Below, one piece after another: positions 21,451-31,058 of a stretch of DNA of 64,000 nt (the stretch's first letter is position 1; every line of letters starts with the position of its first letter). The notes below the pieces were generated by a model. It searched no databases, was not told where the DNA came from, and worked only from the letters and a program-made list of their open reading frames with translations. The position numbers and the translations under genes are program-made. The DNA is from Sulfolobales archaeon (GTDB lineage: Archaea > Thermoproteota > Thermoprotei_A > Sulfolobales > AG1), in NCBI GenBank assembly GCA_038867615.1, contig JAWBYA010000001.1, forward strand, positions 192,001 to 256,000. The letters are read 5' to 3'.

Positions 21451-21836
21451 GGGCTGTTTTCTTTTGATATATATAAGGAGGATTAGTAGGTTTTGGAAAT
21501 TTTCATGGATATAGGGGCAATGCCTGTGGGCTGCTTTCCTGCTAACACCCAGGGGTATTTATAGTCCTTGAAATGTATTGCCCCCAGTGTGGATCTTTCC
21601 CCACAAGCCCTAGATGGGAGCCGCGGCCGTTTGGCTCGACGGTCGCCCATGACCCCGCAGGATTAGAGATCCGAGATCCTGAGGGTGGAGGCGAAAACCC
21701 CTGGATGTGACCATGAATAAAATGAGTGGAATGAGCATCCGGGGACAAACGGTTATCATGAAGAGGTTGGTGTCCATGAAGCTAAGGACTGGATAGCTAG
21801 TATAGGTGATATCAATCTCTATGAGGTTCGAACCTC
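21451..21836 (+). mobile_element. non-autonomous composite element 'C' (family-B-type left end and TATA, omega-RNA-like body, family-A-like right end)
   Basis: GGGCTG(T/C)TTTC at 21451 and about 21528 matches the family B left end. Block 21609-21661 matches family B. The 3' end ATCAATCTCTATGAGGTTCGAACCTC resembles the family A right end. Confidence 0.6.
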
Positions 21837-21919
21837 GATACATAAGCCAGTTCCTCTGGTCATGCTTGGTTGCTGGAGATAAGCTCTTCAGCGCTTAGTA
21901 GTAGTGATAGTGGGTATAG

Positions 21920-22996
21920 ATGCATATCGAGGCTGTGGATGAGGATAAGGGGTATCTGAGGGTTAAGGTTGAGAGTGAGGATGATCTGTGGCTCTTATCC
22001 CTCTTGGTTGAGGAGGGGGATGTTGTAGCTTCGAGAACGTCGAGGGATGTTAGGATCGAGGGGTCGGAGAAGAGAAGGATCCCTATGACTCTTGCTGTGA
22101 GGGTTCAGGGTATAGAGTTCCAGCCATTCTCGGGAAGGCTTAGGATCAAGGGTGTCATTGTTGAGGGGCCCGAGGAGTATGGATTGAGGGGGTCTCACCA
22201 TACACTCTCTATAGATGTTGGCATGAGTGTGGATATTATTAAGAAGGAGGGGAGGGTGGATCTGAAGCTTGTTGAGAAGATCCTGAAGCTTTCTAGAAGG
22301 GGTAGGGGGTTGATAGTAGCGGTGGATCATGATGAGTATGCTGTCGCCCTTCTACAGAGCCAGGGGCTGAGATATATTAGGGAGGGCTATATGCAGCCTC
22401 CCAGTAAGAGGGATCCCAGGGCTTATGATGCGTATGAGAAGAGCTTATCAGAGCTTGTAGAAACTATCAAGAGGATCCTAGAGGAATACGGGGTATCGAT
22501 AGTAGCCATAGGATCCCCTGGCGCCATAGCGGAGGAGATAGCTAGGCTGATAAGAAACGCAATGCCGAGGGTTAAGGTTATCACCGACAGTGTGTCTATG
22601 GGGGGTAGGGCTGGTGTTGAGGAGATGCTTAGGAGGGGCACCATATCCAAGATCCTCAGTGAGCAAGCCGCTATAGAGGCTGAGGAGATCCTTAGAAACT
22701 ATATCGAGACCCTTAGCAGAGAGCCTGAGAGGGTTGTTGTTGGTTTGGAGATGATACACAAGGCTGCTGGAATGAATGCTGTTAAGAAAGCCGCTATACT
22801 TGAGAGCCTGTTAAAAGGGGATAGAGCTACGAGGGAGATTGTTAACGAGATCCTCGCACTCTCTATAGAGAAAGGCTATGACGTGATAATAGTCCCCACA
22901 GAGAGCCCGGCTGGGGAGAGGCTTAGAATGATGGGGGGTGCGATAGCTATTCTCAGATACAGCCTACCCTCATCATTTATAGAGAATAACAACTAA
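21920..22996 (+). CDS. pelA: mRNA surveillance protein pelota
   Basis: EDDLWLL, RLRIKG.I, HHTL and GGAIAILRY motifs. Confidence 0.95.
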   Translation: MHIEAVDEDKGYLRVKVESEDDLWLLSLLVEEGDVVASRTSRDVRIEGSEKRRIPMTLAVRVQGIEFQPFSGRLRIKGVIVEGPEEYGLRGSHHTLSIDVGMSVDIIKKEGRVDLKLVEKILKLSRRGRGLIVAVDHDEYAVALLQSQGLRYIREGYMQPPSKRDPRAYDAYEKSLSELVETIKRILEEYGVSIVAIGSPGAIAEEIARLIRNAMPRVKVITDSVSMGGRAGVEEMLRRGTISKILSEQAAIEAEEILRNYIETLSREPERVVVGLEMIHKAAGMNAVKKAAILESLLKGDRATREIVNEILALSIEKGYDVIIVPTESPAGERLRMMGGAIAILRYSLPSSFIENNN

Positions 22997-23246
22997 TCCT
23001 CTCTATATGCGATACTAATAGGCTTTGGTTTGGTTGTTGTTTACTTAAAAAAGATCCATAGATCCGGTCTTATAGCTATGGTTTGCACCACTTGAAAGGC
23101 TATAGGAAATCCACAGTCCTGCAATGATAAGGATCACGTGTTCCCCGACTTCGGTAAAAGCCCGCAAAACCCCCAAGATAGAGAAACTTAAAGAAAATTT
23201 GGGACAAACAGTAAAGGGTATAAGTCTTGGTAAAATACTTTAATGG

Positions 23247-24410
23247 TTGGACGAATTGTCGAAAATAGCCTTAGTCGGGATGGGTTATACCGGCTTTACA
23301 AGATCTAGCGAGCATCTATCCTTCAGGGAGATGGTTTACCAAGCGGCTGTTAAGGCTTACAACGACGCTGGAGGGATCGATCCCAGAAGGGATGTTGACG
23401 CATTCATATCATGCCAAGAGGACTTCTGGGAAGGGGTCTCGATCGCGGATGAATTCGCACCCGACCAGCTCGGAGGGGTTTTAAAACCCGTATATACCGT
23501 TACTGGAGACGGTCTCCACTGTGTGGCTAACGCTTACATGATGATAAGATCCGGGGTTGCTGATATAGTGGTTGTTGAATCCCATGGAAAGCCTAGCGAG
23601 ATAATAAGTATGAGCGATATAGTATGGTTCTCTACAGATCCCATCTATGTCAGACCACTCAAGATACCCAACCCCCACGCGCTCCAAGCCCTTGAGGCGA
23701 GGGTCTATATGAGGTCTAGGGGGCTTAGAAGGGAGGATCTAGGGTTATATGTTGTTCAAAGCCTTGGCAACGCGTTGCTAAGCGATAGGGCTCCTTATGC
23801 TGCTAAGCTGGATCTTGATGGGTATCTTGAAGCAGAATATGTGGTGGATCCTCTTACAGCATATGATATAGCTGGGTATAGCGATGCAGCCATAGTTGCT
23901 GTGGTGGCTAGCGAGGAGATTGCTAGGAAGCTCACAGACCAGCCGCTGTGGATCGATGGTGTTGGGTGGGCAACAGAGATCTCAACGATATCTATGAGAT
24001 CCATGGAGGAGGATATTGCAACAAAGCTCGCAGCAAGAATGGCTTATGACCAGGCTAATATTAAGGATCCCGGGAGGGAGTTCGACTTCGCAGAGGTTGA
24101 TGAGAGATATAGTTATAAAGCTATTCAGGCTATCGAGGCTCTAGGGCTGGCTAGGATGGATACAATCGCATCTGACCTCAGAGGCGGTTCTTTCTCAAGA
24201 TCTGGAAGCCTTCCAGTAAACCCATCAGGAGGAGCTCTAGGCGAGGGGGTTCCTCTAGAGGCACACGGTCTTGCGAGACTGTTATCGGCTTATGAACAGC
24301 TTAGGGGAAGAGCTGGGAGGGCACAGCTGAGCGGTGCTGAGAAAGCCGTTGTCCATGGATGGAGGGGTTTGGGGACGTCTAGCTCTATTGTTCTCGTCCT
24401 ATCGAGGTGA
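23247..24410 (+). CDS. thiolase-fold protein lacking the canonical nucleophilic Cys
   Basis: Thiolase fold with VNPSGG and EQLRGRAG..Q. Confidence 0.88.
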   Translation: MDELSKIALVGMGYTGFTRSSEHLSFREMVYQAAVKAYNDAGGIDPRRDVDAFISCQEDFWEGVSIADEFAPDQLGGVLKPVYTVTGDGLHCVANAYMMIRSGVADIVVVESHGKPSEIISMSDIVWFSTDPIYVRPLKIPNPHALQALEARVYMRSRGLRREDLGLYVVQSLGNALLSDRAPYAAKLDLDGYLEAEYVVDPLTAYDIAGYSDAAIVAVVASEEIARKLTDQPLWIDGVGWATEISTISMRSMEEDIATKLAARMAYDQANIKDPGREFDFAEVDERYSYKAIQAIEALGLARMDTIASDLRGGSFSRSGSLPVNPSGGALGEGVPLEAHGLARLLSAYEQLRGRAGRAQLSGAEKAVVHGWRGLGTSSSIVLVLSR

Positions 24411-25597
24411 TCGGGATGAAGACGAACGTGTATGTTAAGAAAAGAGTCGCAGTGGTTGGTGCAGGGCTAACCCTGTTTAGGAGGAGGATGCTCGAGACCC
24501 CGCAGGAGCTGGCATGGATAGCCGCTAAAAGAGCCCTTGACCAGGCTGGGCTAGAGCTAAAAGATATAGATTGCATTGTGAGCGGGAGTGCTCCAGACGC
24601 TTTCGATGGTGTGCATCTAAAGGGAGAGTATTACTCCGAAGGGGCTGGGGCTATTGGGAAGCCCCATCTCAGGGTCTATGTTGGCGGGGGAACCGGGGTT
24701 TTCGTACCAATAGCAGCTTGGTGGCATGTTGCTTCCGGTCTCTGTAGAAGGGTTCTTGTGGTTGCTGAGGAGAAGATGAGCAGTGCTGCAGATCCCCATC
24801 CACAGGCTGTTTTCAGACATATATGGGATCCTATTACTGAGAAGCCCCTTAACCCCAACCTCATCTGGATCTTCGCTTTAGAGATGCATAGGTATATGCA
24901 TAAATGCAGGGTCTCCAAGGAGGATATAGCCCTAGTATCTGTGAAGAATAAGAGAAACGCTCTCGACAACCCATACGCACAGGCGGCTGCTAACATAACT
25001 GTTGAGGATGTCCTTAAGAGCGAGCTCCTCGTATACCCCGTCAACAGGCTCGATATCTCCCCCGTAAGTGATGGTGCAGCCGCACTCGTAATGGTTTCCG
25101 AGGAGTGGGCTAGAAGGCTTACGGACACACCTATATGGGTTGATGGGATAGGCTATACGCTTGACACATCTTACTGGACAAATAGAGAGCTCTCCTTCCC
25201 TGTATATCTGAAGAACGCGGCTGAGATGGCGTATAAGATGGCTGGTATTGAGAGGCCTATGAAGGAGATAGATGTTGCAGAGCCCTACGATCCCTTCGAC
25301 TATAAGGAGCTCCACCACCTAGAAGGGCTCGGACTAGCCCCTAGATGTGGTGCTGCTGAAATGACCAGAGAGGGCGTTACACAGAGGGATGGGGATCTGC
25401 CTGTATGCCCGAGCGGTGGTCTCTTAGGTGTTGGGAACCCCATAGCTGCTGCAGGGCTTATGAAGACTGCTGAGATATTCTGGCAGCTGAGGGGCGAGGC
25501 TGGGAAGAGGCAGGTTAGGAAAGACGCTGTTACAGGATTAGCACAGGCTTGGGGTGATCTAATGCAGGTTGGTACCGTGGTTATAATGAGGAGGTGA
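24407..25597 (+). CDS. thiolase-fold protein, second paralog
   Basis: SPVSDGAAA, CPSGGLLGVGNPIAAAG and QLRGEAGKRQV motifs. Confidence 0.9.
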   Translation: MIGMKTNVYVKKRVAVVGAGLTLFRRRMLETPQELAWIAAKRALDQAGLELKDIDCIVSGSAPDAFDGVHLKGEYYSEGAGAIGKPHLRVYVGGGTGVFVPIAAWWHVASGLCRRVLVVAEEKMSSAADPHPQAVFRHIWDPITEKPLNPNLIWIFALEMHRYMHKCRVSKEDIALVSVKNKRNALDNPYAQAAANITVEDVLKSELLVYPVNRLDISPVSDGAAALVMVSEEWARRLTDTPIWVDGIGYTLDTSYWTNRELSFPVYLKNAAEMAYKMAGIERPMKEIDVAEPYDPFDYKELHHLEGLGLAPRCGAAEMTREGVTQRDGDLPVCPSGGLLGVGNPIAAAGLMKTAEIFWQLRGEAGKRQVRKDAVTGLAQAWGDLMQVGTVVIMRR

Positions 25598-26133
25598 TCA
25601 CCATGGGGGTCAGCATAAGGGGCGGGACACCGCTTAGAGATGAGGAGTTCAGGGCTGTGATAAAGGAGATAGACTCGCCGAGGGCTAGGTATAGCATGGC
25701 TGCTGGTATAGCATATAGCAGGTTTCTCGAGGGGCTTAAGAGGGGCGAGATCCTTGGGACATATTGTCCAAGCTGTAGGCTTGTCCACATACCCCCAAAG
25801 ATCTACTGTCCATATTGCTTCAAACACCTAACAAGATGGGTCAGGGCTAGTGATGAGGGTAGGGTTGTCACGGCAGTGGTCAGCTATCTCTCGGCCACGC
25901 TTGAGACTCTCGAGAAACCAGAGATCGTCGGGATCATTAGGCTCGATGTGCCTGGGCATAGGTTCTCAAGCTATAGGTTCCCGGGGATCCTTCACAGGAT
26001 CTGTGGGGCTAGTGAGGATGATGTTAAGACCCAGAGGATCTTTGATGCAAGGGTTAAGGCTAGATGGCTACCGGAGGATAAGAGGACAGGGTCTATGAAT
26101 GATATAGAGTGCTTCGAGGTGATCTGGGGTTGA
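25594..26133 (+). CDS. DUF35 Zn-ribbon/OB-fold protein
   Basis: CPSC..PPKIYCPYC and RTGSMNDI motifs. Confidence 0.9.
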   Translation: MITMGVSIRGGTPLRDEEFRAVIKEIDSPRARYSMAAGIAYSRFLEGLKRGEILGTYCPSCRLVHIPPKIYCPYCFKHLTRWVRASDEGRVVTAVVSYLSATLETLEKPEIVGIIRLDVPGHRFSSYRFPGILHRICGASEDDVKTQRIFDARVKARWLPEDKRTGSMNDIECFEVIWG

Positions 26134-26573
26134 GGGATGTGAAGCCACAGATTAGAGAGATAGAGATGGAGATAAAAGCTTACCACTACACACCAGGGCC
26201 TCTTGGGTTGAGATGGCTTGAGGGTCTTAAGAAGGGAATCATAATGGCTGCTAAGTGTAAGAAGTGTGGTTATGTATTTATACCCCCAAAGATCTATTGC
26301 CCCAAATGCTTCTCAGAAGTAGAGGATCTAGTCGAGCTTAGAGAAAAGCCGTATCTAGCAAGCTATACAATAATATATAGGGACTTTAACGGAGAGAGGC
26401 TAAGCACCCCAGTGATAGTCGGTCTGGTCAGGTTCAAAGGAGTTGATGGGGGATTGATACACTATATAGAAGGATCTGTGGAGAGGCTGGCTATAGGGGC
26501 TTCTTTAGAGCCTGTTTTCAGGAGTGAGAGGAGAGGCTCTATAACAGATATAGAGCATTTCAGACTCGTATAG
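26109..26573 (+). CDS. DUF35 Zn-ribbon/OB-fold protein, second paralog
   Basis: CKKCG..PPKIYCPKC and RRGSITDI motifs. Confidence 0.9.
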   Translation: MLRGDLGLRDVKPQIREIEMEIKAYHYTPGPLGLRWLEGLKKGIIMAAKCKKCGYVFIPPKIYCPKCFSEVEDLVELREKPYLASYTIIYRDFNGERLSTPVIVGLVRFKGVDGGLIHYIEGSVERLAIGASLEPVFRSERRGSITDIEHFRLV

Positions 26574-26841
26574 CTGTATAGCTAGGAGGGTCTTTTTGGC
26601 GTCTCAATTTGCTTCTCCATTATTGAGACTTTTTACATTAATAACTAGCCGCATTCCCTTCTGAAGAACCATTGTTGGATCGCGATTCTTTCTTGCTGTG
26701 ATGCGTGTTTGTAATCCTGTGGTGGAGAGGCCTTAATATTGGGTATAGAGTTGTATGCTGGATTCTTCATGCCCGGTAGGGGGTCTGAGTTCCGCTGTCT
26801 TGGGATTTAAGATTTAATGTACAGCGCTATAATGATCTCTC

Positions 26842-27633
26842 TCAGAGTGCCTGTATGGTTATTGCCAGGCCCATGATGATTGTGAAAATCCCCATGGCTA
26901 GTGTGAACATAGATCTGTATTTTGAGGCTAGCCTCAGAAGGATCCCTATGGATATATAGCCAACGAGTGCTGATACTGCGAGAGCCTGTATAACGCCTCC
27001 AGGCGAGATAATATTGATTGTTTCTCTATCGAGCACGGCTACAGTTGCGAGAGCCCCTAGACTAGCTGGGATTGATGCTATGAAGCTCAGTCTGAGGGCG
27101 TCGTCAACCCTGTATCCTAGATATAGTAGGGCTGTTATTGTGATTCCGGATCTACTTACGCCGGGTAGGCTTGCGATTCCTTGGAATACACCGAATATAA
27201 TGGAATCTCTGAGACCGATTTCGCTCGCCCTCTTACTAGTGTTGCTGATCTTGCTGGGTTTTCTTGATAGCAGGGCTTGTGCTATGAGGGCAAGCCCTAT
27301 GATCAGCATTGGTATCCCCGGATCTATAGATCCCTCAAGCAGCTTTCTAGCAGCGAGATAGAGGGGAACGCCTACGAGACCTGTAACTATGGTTGATATT
27401 AATAAGAACCTGAGAAGCCATTTATCTCTAAAAACCCTTACAAGAGATCTCCAGAAATACAGGGTTGACGATGCCACAGTACCGCCTTGGAGTGCTAAGC
27501 CTATATCATATGATGCTGCTAACGAGTATCCAAAAACATATGCTGATAGTAATAGAAGCACTGTCTTACTCGATATAGGAAGCCACTCGGTTATCCCCTG
27601 CACGATGCCTAGTAAGATATATTGAAGATCCAT
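26842..27633 (-). CDS. uppP: undecaprenyl-diphosphatase (BacA/UppP)
   Basis: GIVQGITEWLPISS and PGVSRSGIT motifs; start moved to MDLQY. Confidence 0.92.
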   Translation of the reverse strand: MDLQYILLGIVQGITEWLPISSKTVLLLLSAYVFGYSLAASYDIGLALQGGTVASSTLYFWRSLVRVFRDKWLLRFLLISTIVTGLVGVPLYLAARKLLEGSIDPGIPMLIIGLALIAQALLSRKPSKISNTSKRASEIGLRDSIIFGVFQGIASLPGVSRSGITITALLYLGYRVDDALRLSFIASIPASLGALATVAVLDRETINIISPGGVIQALAVSALVGYISIGILLRLASKYRSMFTLAMGIFTIIMGLAITIQAL

Positions 27634-28226
27634 TTGACAGCCACCTAATCCATGTATGCCTTGAGTAGATAGGAAGCCGGAATATATATGCAATAGACCG
27701 TCTAGGTAACTAATATCCAGCATAAATGCTATACTGGAGATCAACCTGGATAGGAGCAGGCTGGTACTATTCCAAAGAGCCTAGGAGCGATGAATGATGG
27801 TAATATAAGGGAAAAATAGAGAAGATGTATTATGACGGGTTTTTGCATAGGTGATGGTAATTCTAGGTGGTTTCAGAATAGATATATTTATAGGGTTTAT
27901 AACAGTTGATGGGAAGGTTATACTATGATGAGATAGTAATAGATAGGTATGGTGGGAAAAGCTACCCACAAAGAGTCCTAGCATGTGTTTAGCGGGGGAG
28001 ACCATAAACATTATCGCCCGAGATTGCGTAGCTGTTTGAAAGACCGGGCTATGACTCCATATAGCGGGAAGGGGTAGTGTGGTTCTCGATACTTCTTCAC
28101 AGTCTCTGCAGTTTTGCTAGGCTTTCGCGATATAGTGCTTAGTAGTAAGTAATATTGTGGTATTAAAGGTAGTATTTATAAGATTTGTGAAATTAGATGA
28201 TATAGTAGATGTAGAAATGCTAGGGG

Positions 28227-30305
28227 GTGTTAATGTTTCTCCGAACACTCAACCTGGATGGCTACATGCACCGGATCGAGGCCTATGAGATCTTCATCAG
28301 ATCCCTTGCACACATCCTGTTGGTAAAAGGGATTAAGGTGAATACAAACAATGTAAAGGCTCTCCTGAAGAGCCTCGGGATCGGGTTAGGAGGGGCGGCG
28401 TTAAGCCTGTTGGTATCGGATCTGAAGAACTATAACAAGGGATTCTCAAGGCGGGAGATAGAGGATCTACAATACCGGTTCCCGAGGCTCATGTACAGGG
28501 ATTATAGAAGGGTTACTGCATCATATTATTCATCGCCCCTAGCTGTTGAGCTTCTTGCTAGGCTGGCGAGGGACTATATAAGTTCTAGGGAGGGTAAAGT
28601 GGTTATAGCGGATCCTTTCATGGGCTCAGGAATCCTGCTAAGGGGTGTTGTAAAGAGGGTTGGTGTGGACAATATAGCTAGAATCTGGGGCATGGAGTTC
28701 GATCATGTTGCATGCGTCTTTGGCTATGCATCTCTATTGGATGCCGTGGGCGGCGATATAGATATTAGGATCATATGTGGAGACTCCTTCAAGATCCTCT
28801 GGAGATCTAGGGAACAAACCCCCGGGAATAAGGATGACTGGGAAACTGACGTCATACTAACCAACCCCCCGTTCACCAGATGGGAGAGTCTTGAGAAGAA
28901 CTATAGGAAATATCTTTTAAGGCTCATAAGAGCTTTAGGGTATTCAAAATACATCGTTAGAAACCAGGTTAATCTCCAGGCGATATCCCTCTTTCTTATA
29001 GACTCTATCCTCAGGGAGAGAGGTCTTCTTCTAAGCATCATCCCGGCATCAACGTTTTACACAATATATGGGCGTGGCGTTAAGGCTATGCTTAGAGAGA
29101 AATACAGGGTTCTCGGGCTCTTTAAAGGCTGGAAACCTTCATTCTCACTCGACAGTGGGTTTATGGAGCTAGTAATGGCAGCGATCAAGGGGGAGCGGGG
29201 GGAGGCGGCTTTTGTAACGCTGAGCGATAATTGTATCGAAAGCATAGGGTTCAGCGGGTCTATTGTTAAGGGGGAGTGCTCTTCTACCTACACGGATCTG
29301 GGGAGAGGATCCGGGGTTCTTGATATGAACTGGCTTCTCTATTTTGAGGAGTCTAGCCTTAGACCCCTGCTAAGAGTTATCGAGGATCTTTTGGAAAAAG
29401 ACATCCTATTATCAATGAGAGAGGCACATGGAAAGGATCTTATAATGAGGGGTGTCGAGATCTATGGTCCCAACTTCTTCACAATACCCAACAGATTCTG
29501 GAGGATCGTTAGTCGTGGTAGTGATGCTATCGCTATAGAGAAGATCGATTCTGGCGAGCAGCTCTCAATACCCAGGGATTACTTGGTCGAGGCTCTCAGA
29601 AGGCCGGGACTATATGTTGATAAGATCCTCGTTGAAGATCCAGAGCACTATATAGTATCGATACCGCCGAAAGATCCAAAGAAACTCCCCCAGGATGTTA
29701 GGAAATATATAGAGTGGGGCTCTAGATCTAGAGTTGCTACCACAGCTAGAAGGACTTTTGGGAGGAAGTGGTATAGCCATGTGCATAGGCAGATAGCGTC
29801 TAAAAACCCCTTTGGAAAACTCTTCCTCCCCGATAAAGTTGATGTTAGGCTGAAGGGTAGGGGTGTGTTTGCAATAGCATCAACAAGACCTATATCGGCT
29901 ACGAAGAACTTCTATATATTGGTGCTGAGCGACCGCATAGCACCTCTCCTAACTCTGTGGTTCAACAGCTCTGTTTTCCTAACACTGCTGATCCATGGGG
30001 GTAGAAGGATTAGTGAGACCTGGACAAGGCTTCTTATAGAGGACTATCTAGAGCTCCCAGTACCCAACCCCAAGATCTGTGAGGATCACTATGAAGAAGC
30101 TGAGGATCTTCTGAGAAGCATAGGTAGAAAACCCCTACCCCCGATCCCGAACCAGATAGGTGGGAAACAGCGTGTAAGTATAGATACACTGGTATTGGAA
30201 GCCCTGGGAGTAAAAGGCGGTGAAGAGCTTAGAAACCATATATATAATATCCTGAGCAGGTTTTTAGAGGCATCATCGGCAAACAAGCGTTACCATGGAG
30301 CCTAA
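28227..30305 (+). CDS. N6-adenine DNA methyltransferase with C-terminal TRD-like region (orphan)
   Basis: Motif I DPFMGSG precedes motif IV NPPF (gamma class); no nuclease partner nearby. Confidence 0.88.
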   Translation: MLMFLRTLNLDGYMHRIEAYEIFIRSLAHILLVKGIKVNTNNVKALLKSLGIGLGGAALSLLVSDLKNYNKGFSRREIEDLQYRFPRLMYRDYRRVTASYYSSPLAVELLARLARDYISSREGKVVIADPFMGSGILLRGVVKRVGVDNIARIWGMEFDHVACVFGYASLLDAVGGDIDIRIICGDSFKILWRSREQTPGNKDDWETDVILTNPPFTRWESLEKNYRKYLLRLIRALGYSKYIVRNQVNLQAISLFLIDSILRERGLLLSIIPASTFYTIYGRGVKAMLREKYRVLGLFKGWKPSFSLDSGFMELVMAAIKGERGEAAFVTLSDNCIESIGFSGSIVKGECSSTYTDLGRGSGVLDMNWLLYFEESSLRPLLRVIEDLLEKDILLSMREAHGKDLIMRGVEIYGPNFFTIPNRFWRIVSRGSDAIAIEKIDSGEQLSIPRDYLVEALRRPGLYVDKILVEDPEHYIVSIPPKDPKKLPQDVRKYIEWGSRSRVATTARRTFGRKWYSHVHRQIASKNPFGKLFLPDKVDVRLKGRGVFAIASTRPISATKNFYILVLSDRIAPLLTLWFNSSVFLTLLIHGGRRISETWTRLLIEDYLELPVPNPKICEDHYEEAEDLLRSIGRKPLPPIPNQIGGKQRVSIDTLVLEALGVKGGEELRNHIYNILSRFLEASSANKRYHGA

Positions 30306-30332
30306 GCAGTATCAAAGGGTGAGGCAGTGGAG

Positions 30333-30676
30333 CCGTAGCCAGCTGCTTCGAGTTTCATGATGGTTTATAGGGGTTGATATCGAATTTATCTCTGTGAAAC
30401 ATTATATAAGCTCTTATATTTCACTGGGATGCCCGCCCAACAATGAGGGTGGGATAGAGATCCAAGTGGGCGGGGTAAATGCAGAGAGATCCAGGATGTG
30501 GGGGTTTCCCCACAGCAATGAACCAGAGAAAATCTATGAGGGGGAGCTGTGGGTTGGGGTCACCTCGAACGGGTGGAGGCCAAGGATATGGGCTCCAATG
30601 AAAGGAGCCCTGAGGCCAATGAAGCCAAGGGCTGAGCGGTTGATATCAATATCAACCACAATGAAGCCCGAACCCC
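30333..30676 (+). mobile_element. family A non-autonomous element, copy A1 (IS607-like, omega-RNA-like cassette)
   Basis: Aligns end to end with 43505-43853 and 61905-62165 (reverse strand). CC at both ends, TATA at 30402-30409, hairpin GGTTGATAT-CA-ATATCAACC at 30638-30657. Confidence 0.85.
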
Positions 30677-31058
30677 GGGCTATTAGATCTTAAGCATGGA
30701 AAAACACTATAATCACGTCAGAGCGATATCTATACACTCCACCAACATGCTATGGTGTGGTTAAAGATCTCTCTATGGAAGATCTCCTAGCGTTGCTGGG
30801 ACCCTCGTGTAGCGAGTACTAATTAGTAAGAGGCATTCTGTGCAATGGTTCGTGGATATATTTTGAAACAGGGTTTGCATGGAAGCAAACTCATAGCCAG
30901 GTCGTATTAATAAAGCTCCTATAGATCTTTCTTCACAGCATTGGTGGAAAAACGATTCTCTCTAAGGCAATTCCACTCTATAGATAATTGCATTGATTTC
31001 TCATTCTTATTCAATATATTTATAAAGCCAGAGAAATTATTGTTCTGAGGCGACCTTT

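Noticed and set aside
30394-30693. Small ORFs inside family A and C elements (also 43492-43749, 61835-62068, 21542-21843) as genes
   Set aside because: Starts and frames differ between copies, with indels and deletions; they are better explained as non-coding remnants.
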